Positions 47,993 through 61,491 of a stretch of DNA of 64,000 nucleotides are shown piece after piece (the stretch's first letter is position 1; each line of letters begins with the position of its first letter). Made by a program: the position numbers and the translations under genes. The stretch spans positions 17,422,001 to 17,486,000 of the forward strand of contig JBHGNT010000017.1 in NCBI GenBank assembly GCA_043228905.1. Reading direction: 5' to 3'. The notes beneath the pieces were generated by a model. The model saw only the letters and a list, made by a program, of their open reading frames with translations, was not told where the DNA came from and did not search any database. Source of the stretch: Azolla caroliniana (taxonomy: Eukaryota > Plantae > Polypodiophyta).

Positions 47993-50391
47993 TTAACTGC
48001 CTTTATTATTAGAGGATGGATTACATAACCACTTTGCAATATAGCCAGTGCCTTTGCAGTCTTTACAATGTACAATCCCCTGTATTAGTGGAAAGAAATG
48101 CTGTTATTTTCAAGGAATGGAAAAACTCCAAAATATCCGAGTTTTTCTTCATTTCTTCCCCAAATGTCTGCAAGTTTTAGTTATTCCCGGAAAATAACCT
48201 TGGTCAACCTATCTCAAGTAATCGTATTGCTGTTTCAGAAATGATACCATCAATTCAGGGGATTGGTCAACCCATTTTAAGTAATCTTATTGCTGTTTCA
48301 GAAATGATACCATCAATTCAGCCAATTCTTCGAAATAACATCTGCTATTTGACCAAGGTTATATGGGCCAATTCATTCCCTTTGTTTCTCTTGCAAGAGT
48401 TGACCACGGATATTTTGGGAAATGGCAAAAACATGGGAACATTGGGGGGCATAAAGAAGAATTCAGGGTCTTCCTCAATTTGTCAATTATCAATACCAAT
48501 ACAAAAGATGTTCAGAGAATACCTGTCCAAGACATATTAGGCACTTGGTATTTCTTGATGGTACTTGACAAAGCATGTTGTCACCGAGTATGAAAAACCC
48601 TGTGCCGCGGCACCATTGACACTCTGTGCTTCCTTCTGAGTTGCATGACACACACACAACTGGACGAGGTTGCTGTATGCAAAGTAAAATATCATAAACA
48701 TCAGATTAACAGAGATCCACGTGTAACCAGTATTGTTGAAATAATGGAAGATAATAAGGAACTAAACTTAATGATGAAGGGTGTTGAAAATGTGTATAAA
48801 CAAGACAGTCAAACCATGCAGGGGAGAAGGAATATGAGGCAAAATAATGAACCAAATGCCTAAATTAATATGGATTACATGAAGGTTATCACCAACATCT
48901 GACGATATCTTATGGATGAGCTTATCTGAATCAACTCACCATTGCAACCAGATACATCGTATTAACCACTTTCACTGTTCAAACTTCCATCTGAACTACT
49001 TATACTCTGGTGGGAGCAATTATCATGGCTCTAATGAGTCTAATGAGGTAGCTGTGAGAAATTCTATAGCATAATTAGGATGCAAGAATGGAAAGAATAG
49101 TCACCATTCATCAAGGGTTGACAATATAAAAGTATAAAATCAGCACTTTCTATGATTTTCCATGAATTCAAGAAGTATATAAATCATGTCATTCTATAAA
49201 TTTTCATGACTTCAGGGAGCATTGAGTAACATCTTTCCTCTATAACACTCAAAACTAAGGCTAAATACCAAGAATAAATTGAACGAAGACAGGCTTTTTC
49301 GTTCACTTTGAACCTTCTCTTGAGCAGCACAAACAAAGCAATGATCAGAAGAATATACTGTCTCTTAATTTAAGTCCTGAAATACAATCTGTCCATGTAA
49401 AAAACATAACAGAAAGCAAAGTTCTTTCTTCTTAATTGCAGATCTTCTATGACAATGGATTGATAAAAGTGAGAAGCTTGAATTATAATTCATGATTCTG
49501 ATCATTTTTCATGAATTCAAGAAATAGATGAGAATTGCTCCTGTGAAGCTTTGGAATGTAAACAGAATTTTGGTGAAAACATTATTACGCTCTCCCAATC
49601 AAATTTCACACAATCTCTCAAGAATTTCTTCATCATCCTCTTTTAAATAATCAAAATGGCAACTCGAAGAACATAACACAAAAGAAGCCCACATCTATTT
49701 GTTAAATTCTGATCTCTTGGTCTCCTCGAGAAATAAGAATTGACAAGGCAGAAGCAGAAGCAACGCATGGGCATCGAAACCATGAGAATCAGAAAGAAAG
49801 CAGAGAAAGAAAAACGGAACAAAAGAAAGAGCAGGTCAAAGAAAGACATCACCAAAGAAAACCTTTTGTTACATCACCAAAGAAAGCATTTTGCTGTTCA
49901 TTGCTGACCTTCTTTGGCTAAAGAAACCAAAGAATCACAAGCGCAGGCGGCATATGTGGATTGGAGCACTGAAAGCCACAAAGACAGAAACCAAAAACGG
50001 AAAGAAATACAGAAAGAGAATCCAAACGATGGATGAAGGAAGGAAAGAAATTCAGAACAAAGAAATGGAAGGAAGAACGAAAGCCAGACGGAAGGGAAAA
50101 GAGACAGAGACAGAGAGGCGGGGGAGAGTAGTGTACCTTTGATATAAGCCAAGCTTTCTCCATCCGTGCGGTGAAGTCATTGACGCCGCTGTCAGAAGGA
50201 TCAACGACAAGGGCTCTAACCCTAGCACAGGGTTGTCTTCTTCTGAGGGAGGGGGAGCCGAGGTGGAGGAGACGAGATGGAGATCCGAAGGCGAAGAAAG
50301 CTCCGTCGCAGAGCAACGCAGAAGAAGCAGAAGAAGAAGAAGAAGAAGAAGAAGTAGAAGCAGATGGAACAGGGGACATTGAAGCTACCAT
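47993..50391 (-). CDS. plastid-targeted DnaJ-like (CxxCxGxG) zinc-finger protein, 163 aa, 3 exons
   Basis: Exons 50391-50137, 48672-48523 and 48079-47993. Ser-rich transit-like N-terminus, then DFTARMEKAWLISK|QPRPVVCVSCNSEGSTECQWCRGTGFFILGDNMLCQVPSRNTKCLICLGQ|GIVHCKDCKGTGYIAKWL...*, with four CxxCxxxG motifs. Confidence 0.93.
48201..48321. repeat. 2 x 63-bp intronic tandem duplication
   Basis: TGGTCAACC....AAGTAATC.TATTGCTGTTTCAGAAATGATACCATCAATTCAG occurs twice. Confidence 0.85.
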
Positions 50392-50449
50392 GGATTCTCT
50401 CTCTAAATCACTCTTATGAGCATATCAATTCTCTCTCTCTCTCTCAGAG

Positions 50450-50912
50450 ATATACATATGTACATACATATATAGACAAATAAATAAATAAATAGATAGA
50501 TAGATAAATAATTAAATAATTAAATAGACAAATAAATAAATAAATAGATAATTAAATCAATATGTAGATACCTAAACTTAATAAATAAATAGATAATTAA
50601 ATAAATATGTATATACCTCAATTTAATAAATAAATAGATAATTAAATAAATATGTAGATAGATAAATTTAATTAAATAAATATGTATGTAGATAGATAAA
50701 TTTAATTAAATATGTAAATAGATAAATAAATATGTATGTAGATAGATAAATAAGTAAATATGTAAATAAATAAGGTATATATAAAAATAAATATATAGAG
50801 AATAAATAAATAAACAAATATATGTAGATAAAATAAACAGATAGATACAAATAAATGAATAAATAAATATACATATAAAATATAAATATTTATATCTATA
50901 TATAAATAGATA

Positions 50913-50947
<35 letters not shown>

Positions 50948-51075
50948 GATGTAAAAAGATAGAGAAAATCTTTAGATAATATATATTTATCCAGTAAGTA
51001 AGAAATAAGTTTTGTTTGTTACTATGAGAATATGGTTTATAAACACACACATATATATATATAGAGAGAGAGAGA
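50450..51075. repeat. AT-rich low-complexity simple-repeat tract (ATAA/ATAG/TA) upstream of the zinc-finger gene
   Basis: Directly visible; recurring ATAAATAAATAGATAATTAAATAAATATGTA-like units. Confidence 0.9.
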
Positions 51076-53249
51076 TGATATTTTGGTCATCTTGTCACCC
51101 GCCCAACTGTTTTTTATCACCCACTTGTCTAACCTAATCGGCTTCTCTCGTAGATTGCTCACTTGTCGATGAATGGGTTCTCATATATTGCATTCCAAGT
51201 TCAAAAACACTTGCAATCAGTAGAAAACACATCAGGCATCATTGGAAATTTTAGAAAAAAAACTATGAAATTTTTTCATGTTTGTGCATATGAGGACTAG
51301 AAGCATGTTTCGACATCCTCCTCGAAACTACTGATTCGATATTCTATTTGTGGCGGTGTGCGTACGGTCTTCATACGATCTAATGCTCATACCATTTATC
51401 TTTGCTCTCACATTAATATAACCATTTGTCATTGAAGCAAGCGATGCTTTTTTCGATTGTTCATGAGGTGGATTACATCCAACATATGCTTTTTCGAAGA
51501 ACGCACAAACATTGAATCGTGCAATCAAGTCATTTGCCGACTACCATTTCCCTCCGCAATGTGTAGTTCTATATAATTTTGGATCTCTTGTGCATGATTG
51601 GGAAGAGAGGCATATCACATGGAAAGCATCTTAATGACCCTCACTTTCAATACTTAGACCCAACCACATTTAGGCATAAGCATTTCTTCGGGCATTTCCC
51701 AATCTTTATATTTTCTTCTATCGGTATTCTCAGGAATCATTAAAATTCTTGAAAATCAAATGATGACATTCCAGACAAAGATATCTCTTGAAAAGGAATG
51801 ATGGATGAAATATGTTGATGATGCCCATTTAGGCTCAACATGAAGAATGAGGAACAAACCAAAAAATCTCACAATCATAGACACATGAAGATATACATGC
51901 ACACACGCGTGTGTGTATATGTTTATAGATAGATAGATCCCTGAATTTATTAGAGAATTGAGAATTGACAACTATCCTGCATCTTAGCAAAGTTTCAATC
52001 TCCTATGCAATAAATCAGGTTGTCTCTGTTTTGCATTATCTCGTAACCACTCTACTTTATTATTGTTGCAATTTCACTTATGGGAATAATTGCAAACCTC
52101 CTCAATTTCTTGGATGTGCACATTTCAACAATTTTGTAATGCTACTTGGATGTAAAGTCAAATCTATGAAAAATGTACCAATGAGCCAAGAAAAGCATTA
52201 ACTTAATGATGTGGATTCACAAAGCTATGTCTGAAGAACTCAAACTTTCTTAATATTGAGTATTTAGATAATTATAAGATGGGACTTGCAAGTCCCATCC
52301 TCATCATCAGTTGAAGCTTTAACCTCACATGACATGATCCATCAATTAACACAAGTTACAACACCAACATAGGCGCAATGAATAAATCAGATGTACCCTA
52401 GTTAATACTTTGTTCTTTCTTGATCTATAAGGGAATCAAATAGGCATGGGTTCGAGATTATTGGATTGTTATTTTTCTTGTTGGGGGGCCAAAATTGCAT
52501 CTCATGATGTTAAGACTTCTCATTGAGCCAATAAACATACTCTTCAATTTGTTTGTAGGCCCATTAAGTAAAAATAAATACATAGCATGAATATATACGA
52601 TCACCTTCTACACACTATCACACTTCACACATAAATACACGAATTTGTCTCTTAAATCTGAAGACTTTTGTACATCCCCTTTCATGTAAGTTGACACAAT
52701 TCTAGGACATAAAAATTAGAACATTAGGACAATCTAACAGACCTATTGGATTTAACATAAAAACATACTCTTCTAAGGAGTTATGTTTTCCAAGAAAGTG
52801 ACAAATTTTAACATACATGTACATCCTTGTGTTTCTTTCTTTCTTCTTCTAGAGAGCAGCAACACTATAAACATCATAAACTAGGCATCTCCATTATCCA
52901 TATATACTATTTTTCTATTTTTGTTTATGAAGACCATCCTGGTCAGAGTGTAATCTAATCCCCAGTTTAAGGTAACCAACGAACCATCTGCTGTTGGCCA
53001 GCCCATCTCCATCCGCCACATCTTGCTTTGTTTTATATATATACATATTGAACAAATCTATATCTCGATCACTTTGTTATGGATACAAGTTCAACCAAAT
53101 TATATGCGGCGGTTGTGTTTACTCGTTGCAAAACTATTCTACTCCAGGGACAGAGATCTAGATTAACGTGATCATTCCGGCTCAATATCATCTGCTGACA
53201 TCCATATTCCAAGATACATACATGGACCCATCGACATGTGCTGCGATAT

Positions 53250-56200
53250 TTAGAGATCACTGACCCGCTTCCCTTTAATGAAGTCCACGATTTGTTGCGA
53301 TGTCCTAAGCAACACGAGAGATGAAAGCGAGAGATTCTCCAGGAACTCTTCTGCAGTGGGTCTTTCTCCGTCCACAATGTCAGAGACCACCTTTACAACT
53401 ATCGCCGGTATCGAAAAAAGAGAAGCAACATATAGCACAGAAGCGCCCTGAATCCAGGATGTTAATTCATTACTTTCCATGCAACCCACGATGCTATGTT
53501 TAGTTGTTCCATTACATTCCATGGATCTACTGAAATCATTAACTTTGAATTCTACCCACCTCCATGTCCTTGACAGAAGCATCATTTGCCTTTATCATTT
53601 CTTCATCCTGAGGTGTCATATCTAGGGAGTTCCCTGTTGATAATTTGCCTTCCTGTGAATCAAGTCATTAAATTTTAAATTTACAGACTCCTCTTGAAAG
53701 CAAACGTTATAGAGAAATCAGTGGCGAAAGAAAAGAACCTTAAATTGCAAATGTCTAACCAAATTTGGAGTGGGCGTAGCTGTTTTGGCACCGATACCAT
53801 AATTGTCAAATATCTGCATAAACATTTCCTCCATTGAGCAAAACTTCTTGCAGAATGGATAAAAAAGGAAATCATAAATACACTCCTGCTCTAGCACACC
53901 GGTATAGGTATTCGACGATCATGGTTTGCAACCTTTGTTGCCACAACAACATCCCCTAACTTTGCACCTTTGGACTGGCCAACACAGAGAAAGAGGACAT
54001 ATTAGTGGAATACACATTTATGAACAGAGTTGTCTCTCAACAGAAATAACTGTTAATTTTGGTGCTTCTCCCAATACACAGAAGCACCAACATCTCTTCA
54101 CTTTCTTTTAAATATCCAGATTCTCAACTGTCAAGCGAAGTAAACTTTTTGTTTCAAACAAGTGACACTCTTCATTTACGTTTGCTGCCCTTCTGATATT
54201 GCCTGATCTGGCTTTGCTATTCTCAGTTATCCCTTCTCTCTAATGAACAGCTCTTATAGATTCTTTAGAGAGATTTGTCCAATCGACCTATTTATCCTTC
54301 TGTTCAAGCTCTATAGCAATACAATCAGGTTCTTTCTCTGTGATCTAAATTTGATCATCTTGCCTGACTCTGGATAGCAAACTGAGTTCGTGCAGACGAC
54401 AAGCCAATATGATAAGGTACATGCACAAGTGCAAATATGCAGTGCATGATTACAGAAGATAGTAACACCACAGAACAAGTATTTCTTCTAGCCTCTGGGC
54501 TTCAGGACTGGGAGGGAATAGAATAACATAGGATCTAATAAATATGTCTGTTACATGCCAGTTTCATTCAAATGTCAAGACCCAATCTGCAAGATCAATT
54601 GGGGGGGGGAGACAACTTCAGATAATCTAGTCAAATTACTTCGGCGAAGTTTTTGCATTTAGCTATTATACACATGATACCTTGTCATGCAATTTCAACA
54701 TAACCATCTCTTCCAAGTACAAAACACAAACAAAAATTGCAATATACTATATATACATGTCAGGTTAATCCATACCTTAAAGCCACCCGCAGTGCCAATA
54801 TCAATTACAAGGTCAGGATGTAAAGCTTGTATAGAAGCATATGTAATCAATGCAGCAGGTACAGTCCCTACATTGTCAACTCCTAGAAAAATAAAGCAAC
54901 GGAATGACATATGGCTGACAAATTTTACCCCAAAGGAATCATATTTGATCTCTTATTCCATTCCATAATAAGCCTAAGAACAGAGTTCACATGTGATGTG
55001 ATTCCGAAAACTCACCAAAAATCAAGCATTTTCCTGGCACAACCACATTAATATTCAAGCCTTTGTAATACCCATGGTACCTAATCCAAGGAACTCCTTC
55101 AGGAAATCTGTGAAATATTAAAAATATAATGTCTCACATAAAAAAATATTTGAACCTCCCTCCCTCCAACATTTGAAAGTGAAACTATATGAAAAAAATA
55201 CATCTCATATGTTGTTTCTGATGGAAACTATACAAAAGAAAGAACTACGTGGCCGATATATTCCATGAAACATAATGATACGGCGTGCAAAGAAGCTAAG
55301 ACTTTTGTACTATATGTTAACAATACTGTACTTTTTCTACCCTACCCTCCTCCTTTTTTATGTATAAGGGCATCTCGTTTAACCATATAGAGTGGGTCCA
55401 AGATCATCAAGTATTAGGTCCCGATTTTATTGAATTGTCATGACATATCTTGGACCAAGTATAATATCTACTGCTACATCAATATGCAGGTGAGGACCTA
55501 TTTTCTCATTGAAAAAGGGAGACACCGGATCTCATTGGTACACCCCTCTTTGACTTTAACAATACCAAGTTAAAATGATATGCCCTTAGTTAAAGACAGC
55601 ATCTTTAATGTGGTTAGTTTCTGAGACCATCAAAATTCATTGGATGTTACATGCAAAAACAACTGAAAACATGGTTAATGTTATTCTCTGTTATAGCTTC
55701 CATTATTAAAACCAACCTCTCAAGTGAATTAGAAGCTTACAAGGATCCATCATCCCGCTGTAGTCGAAGCGATTCTACCAGAGGAATAGCTTCAGACTGG
55801 ATAGCTGGATTAGCAGTAAAGAGCCATGGGTGAGTGACAAAAGAATCGCTTTGAATACACGCATGAAAGATACCGTGACAATGGTATCATCCACACCAGT
55901 TGCAAGCCAGACTATAGGACGAGTCTTGCTCTCTCTTTATGAATTACAAGAAGAAATGACCACGTTACAGATGAAATGCCTATTTTTCTACAGGATTAAC
56001 AAAGGATCGCATTACAAAGGAATAAAGATCATTCTAAATACATGTCCCTTCCTCTCTCAAGAGCAAGATTAAAAGCACCACATATAAAGGATAAAGATCA
56101 GTAGAAATACTTTTATCTCTGTTTCTGTTTCTCACTCAAGAACTGGAATATCCAAAGGAGGACCAAATCAAAACGAAGACCACAGAAAGACATACCGACG

Positions 56201-56286
56201 ACAAAAACTATTGTGGATAGAGGCTTGAGGTCCATTTCAGGGATTAATTCTTCTGGGAACGGGGAGGAGGTGGCAGGAGGAGCCAT
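53250..56286 (-). CDS. MTN: 5'-methylthioadenosine/S-adenosylhomocysteine nucleosidase, 264 aa, 8 exons
   Basis: Exons 56286-56196, 55804-55741, 55107-55016, 54882-54776, 53974-53900, 53813-53739, 53652-53560 and 53447-53250 (795 nt, phases consistent). Motifs AIQSEAIPLV, GVDNVGTVPA, GTAGGFK, HDRRIPIP, LSTGNSLDM, VKDMEGA and VSDIVDGERPTAEEFLENL. Confidence 0.96.
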
Positions 56287-56483
56287 GGAAACGATAAAAC
56301 TCTGCAAAAACAGAAAAATTGAAGCGACTGTAATTGAATCGAGAAAATAAAAAGTAGCTATGACCTGAGAATTTAATTCAGGGGCGAATATGGTAAAAGC
56401 ACGAGAAAAAAAACCAAAAGAAAAAAAACCTAAGCGAGCTCCAGGACGAAACAGTTGGAGGTATGGAGGATCGGAAGGATCGC

Positions 56484-56491
56484 TAGGGTTT
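56484..56491 (-). promoter_or_regulatory. telo-box (AAACCCTA) in the MTN 5' region
   Basis: Plus-strand TAGGGTTT about 200 bp upstream of the MTN ATG, near a CT-rich (minus-strand) tract. This is a known plant cis-element, but a short motif. Confidence 0.4.
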
Positions 56492-56637
56492 CCTGTCTCA
56501 GCACAGCAGGGCCATGGCCATGGCCATCGCCAAGCAGAAGCAGAAGCAGAAGCAGAAGAAGCGTATGGAAGAAGCTTCCCTTTCTAGAGAGAGAGAATAG
56601 ACCCAATTAATAATTAGCCATTAACAATTAACCTGTA

Positions 56638-57030
56638 ATTAATCATGGATCATTAAGCATCCCTTAATCATGGATCATTAAGTATCCCTTAATCATGGAT
56701 CATTAAGTATCCCTTAATCATGGATCATTAAGCATCCCCTAATCATGGATCATTAAGCATCACCTAATCATAGATCATTAAGCATCCCTTAATCATGGAT
56801 CATTAAGTATCCCTAAATCATGGATCATTAAGCATCCCCTAATCACGGATCATTAAGCATCCCTTAATCATGGGTCATTAAGTATCCCTGAATCATGGAT
56901 CATTAAGCATCCCCTAATCATGGATCATTAAGCATCACTTAATCACGGATCGTTAAGCATCCCTTAATCATGGATCATTAAGCATCCCCTAATCATGGAT
57001 CATTAAGCATCACCTAATCATGGATCATCA
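56638..57030. repeat. 25-bp minisatellite AATCATGGATCATTAAGCATCCC(C/T)T, about 16 copies
   Basis: Directly visible, head-to-tail with no spacers. Confidence 0.95.
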
Positions 57031-57104
57031 GCCATAAATCGCTAGTCATTAATTATCTGATTGATCAATGACTAACCGAATTCTTGTCTTGACTGGCATC
57101 TTTC

Positions 57105-57702
57105 GAAAAGAAAAGCTCAACCGTTATGGGCAATCAAAAGGTCAAAATATGGGGAAGATCCATTGACCCCCAAAAAGCGAGAAAACCTCTATCAATCCGT
57201 ATGGGCAATCAAGACGGCAATGGGGTCAAGATGCATTGACCTCGAAAGAACAAGAAAAGCTCTTTATCTATCCTTATGGGCAGTCAAGAGGCCGACGGGG
57301 TTAAGATCCATTGACCTCGAAAGAGCAAGAAAAGTTCTATCTATCCTTATGGGCAACCAAGAGGTTGATGAGAAGATCCATTAGACCCTAAAAGAGCGAG
57401 AAAAACTCTATCTATCATTTTAGGCACTCGAGAGGACAATGTGAAGATCCATTGACCTCAGAAGACCGAGGAAAGCTCTACCTATCATTATGGGTAGACA
57501 AGAGATCAATGAGAAGATCCATTGACCCTAAAAGAGTGAGAAAAGCTCTATCTATAATTAAGGACGATCAAGAAGCCAATGGGAAAATATGTTGACCCCA
57601 AAATAGTAAGAAAAGCTCTATTTGTCATTATGGGCAATCAAGAGGACAATGGGAAGATCCATTGACCCTAAAAGAGTGTGAAAAGCTCTATATATCCTTA
57701 TG
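57105..57702. repeat. degenerate tandem repeat of about 65 bp, about 9 copies, followed by an LTR-like TATA/R region
   Basis: AAAGCTCTATCTATC.TTATGGGCAATCAAGAGG..AATGGGAAGATCCATTGACC recurs, followed by TTTAAATAG and TTGTACTC at about 57747-57790. Confidence 0.85.
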
Positions 57703-59641
57703 CACTACTCTTAGACTACTTGGGGATTGCTAGGTTGTTGGTCTTCTTTAAATAGTAGAGCTTTTGTAGAGCAAGAGAACTCTTGTACTCGTACCTTGTA
57801 TCAACTATGGTGTATAGTTAGGTTGCCTTCTTCAAGCATTTTGGATTGAATTTGTGTACAATCTCAATGTATCTTTCAACACTCCATTGACTCCCCTAAT
57901 ATTGTCATTGTAATTGTCATACTTTTACGTGGTCCTCATGTCAGATCTTTCATGGCTCAAGGGATATTAGGTCAAACCTTGAGCTACCTTTTCCATAAGT
58001 GTATTTTTGCATTTATATGCTTTGATGATCAAACTTTCATCTTGGTGAATTTCTTATGATATGTACATTCATGCTCCTTTATACCCAAATTTTAACCTCC
58101 GAAAATTTCATTTACATAATGTGCAAAAGTTAGGCCAAGATACATCAAAAGGGATCAAGAAATCTTCAATATAACGAGACGCTAATTGTAACAACTTCAT
58201 TGGAATTCCTCCTTGAAGTGAAAGGATATTATATATTGGCATTTTTGAAGTTCCACAATTAGTGTTCATTATCAAATATTTTTCCAAACATCTTGACAAA
58301 TCAATGTAAAGAGTGTCATTGTCAAATTTATGTCTAACAAGGAAAGCAAAGTTAATACATATACCTGGCACCTTATTACTGACATGACTTTTGTTGCAGG
58401 AGATTGTGTTATCGTCAAAATTATGTTTGATGCAATGTAATGGAGAGTTACTCTACTTAGAACCCGATAACTAACATGACGTCTTGTTGTCAATAGTTTG
58501 TGTAGTAGTTATAGGAAAGATCGTGCATTGTGAATACACTTCTCAAAGTTGTAGTTAGTTACTAGTTATGTTATAGGAGACATTTTGTATCATAGAAAAT
58601 ATGTACATACAATTTGATAACACTCAACTAACCCCTATTTTAAAGGTCAATAATGGAGGTTTGCACATAACCTTGTGCTATAGGAGGATCTCCAATTCTA
58701 CAAATCCCCAATTTGTTCTTTTGCATTTTATGAAAAATCTCAATTATCATTACATGTTCGGCCAAGACTTTAGATAGACTATATTGCCCCCATTCGAGAA
58801 ACCATTGACATAATGTTCATAACATCAAACAAATTATCAACCAACCAACCATCTCTAATCTTCTTTCATGTGGGCTTGCTTCAAGAACCATGATGTCTAA
58901 CTCTTTTTCATGTCGCCTTGCTGGAGGAACATGATATCCATCTTTGACTTAAAAGTTGAATCATGAGCATGTACATCTACACTAGCATAATCATCTAATA
59001 GACACATACTATCCATCATACATGTTGAGGGACATGTACAATCCATTATAGTGGTTAATTCGAACAGGCGAGTAGAATCTTGCAACTATTTCATATCGGG
59101 TTCTTCATATGTTACAACAGGACGTGATAAGCACATTTCGATATGCACAAGGCACTTGAATAAAATTCTCATACACAACTCAATTCCGTAGTTATGTTAT
59201 TATCAGCCAATGCAAGCCAACCCATATTGGCCTTTATCCAAAGTCAAAAAGTACAAGAATCGAGTATGCAAGAATGGTGACTATGGGTTCCAAAATCCTA
59301 ATATATGTCCAAATGGATCCACGCAAGGATCCATGGGGACATATATTAGGCTTCCTTTCAAGAATCCAAAATTGGAACCACCTACACATGAAGATTGAAA
59401 ATTTTACAACAATAACCAAACCAACCAACCTTCACAAACCAAGCCAATAACCAAATCACTCAAATTCACTTATAATTTCCTCCACAATTTTGGTTTCCAA
59501 TAGAAGGAAATCTTTCTTCTCTTAAAACTAGGTAAAACTTCTTGAAACAAGATGAAATACTTCCCACACTATTTTCACATGTTAAGAGCTTTTAATTCAA
59601 AGTATAGAAGGATCTATCCTCTCTCTTCCATTCTAATCATA

Positions 59642-59668
59642 TGTGTGTGTGTGTGTGTGTGTGTGTGT
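59642..59668. repeat. (TG)n microsatellite
   Basis: Directly visible. Confidence 0.95.
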
Positions 59669-61491
59669 ACAAGGGATTCATGAAGATGAGAATATTTATC
59701 TAGAAATCATTGGATGTAGGATTGTCCAGTGATGTCGAGATCCCGATCACCGGTAGATGGTGGAGGATGAACCCTACTGGGTGTGGTTGTGGGGGGTCCT
59801 TCAGCACTAAGGGCATCCGATGCATGGACCGTGATCCGATTCGAAGGTTTGATGGTTGGAACATCGTCAGTACCATAGAGACCACCCCCATAGGCTTCCG
59901 AGACAACGGGATGGAGTTCTGAGATACTAGGAGAAGTCGTGGCAGAGCCTCCACCGATGGTACCATGGACATGAAGTGGCACTTGATCATGTGGTGGCGC
60001 ATCCTCCAATCGGGCGCGATGTGGCGTTGTGTCTTCATCGACATCACCTTCATGACCATGGAGCTTGCCACCCCCATGCTTATGAATGGTTGGTTCATTG
60101 GAGCTTTGGTGGTGGTCATGGGGATTTGTCTCTGAGGATCTCTGCATCATCTCCTCCTTCCTTCCCCTATGATGATGGTGATTATGAAATAAAACAGGTT
60201 CTAATTAGGTCTCCACACACACAAGGTGTCAAGAAATAGCAAGAGGATAAAGTATTCACGTGGGTTGCCATATAGAGACACTCCCCATAATTTTCAAAAA
60301 AAACCCTTAAATATATAAATTCCCAAAATACCCTTCAAATTACTTGATTCCCTAACATCCAAACACCCTTTTTGCTTTGTGTTTGTTGACCCCAATCTCA
60401 TGGTCCTCTATCGTCCATAGTCTTATTCGACCCACAAAAATGTATGGATTTTGAACACATGAACATCCATTTGTCTTTGCCACTCTCATCCTCCGATAGA
60501 GCCCATCTCTTTTTTTCAACCACCTACATTGTTGTTTACACCAAACTTAGCTCATGTTCTCTTTGATGTGAGGTGGAGGAGTTGGGGCACAAGTGAGAAT
60601 GGAACCATCATCCACCACAAGACACTACGATTGCTCTCTACTCATCTACACAACTCGACCACTCTAGGATTGTCTTACCAAGTAAAAGTCTCCAACCAAC
60701 ACAATTGGGGAGAGCACTTAGTAACCATTGTCAATCACATTCGTCATGTTGACCCCCGTGGACAATAACTTATCTCTTTAAGCTTCGTTAGAATTAATAT
60801 TGATCCTCACTATATTAATGGTTATCCATTTTAGGTTGACATTGACCAACACTTGATAGGCCTTTTCCTTGACATTAATGGTAATCAAACAAACATTGAG
60901 CATTCATTGGACATGTGGTCAACGTTGATCACAATCAAGTAAAGTCGTTTGATTGATGTGAACTTAACGAGCTAAACACAAGGATCTAGAAAAAAATTGG
61001 GGCATTTTGAGAGTTCCATGCTAACAAGAGGTAATTTTAAAAATCTTTCAATATATACACATTAATCAGTTCACAATGAGGTTTCAATTGCTTGATAATC
61101 TGGGAGTCTCCTTGAGATAACATTTCAAGAAATTGAGACTAAAGTTTAATACCTCAATCATCCATAACATACTAACAACATCAACATTTAAAGTTAGTCC
61201 CACCATCTTTGTCACAATAAAGTAGCACACATTTGACATTACAAGACAATTATCTTTATAACCCATCATCCCTCCAAATGCAGCACAAACTCAAGATTGT
61301 TGATGCAATCTAGAAAAAGAATGCATTGAAAAGACATTACAACACAGTCACATGCCTCTCAAAGAGCTTACGCCGCCCTCAAGACAACCACAATACAACC
61401 AATCCATGTATATGCTTGATAATTGCATCCACCGCAACAAAACAATCATCATGTTTAGCTTCCATGAGCAGTAAATAGGATACAAAATTAC

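Noticed and set aside
50668-51050. Y/I/L/F-rich ORFs that look like membrane proteins
   Set aside because: Translation of AT-rich simple repeats.
56638-57030. CRISPR-like 25-bp quasi-palindromic repeats
   Set aside because: No spacers; this is a plain minisatellite.
59700-60150. His/Pro-rich minus-strand ORFs in a GC-richer patch
   Set aside because: Open in several frames because of composition, with no domain or exon chain. Likely TE-derived.
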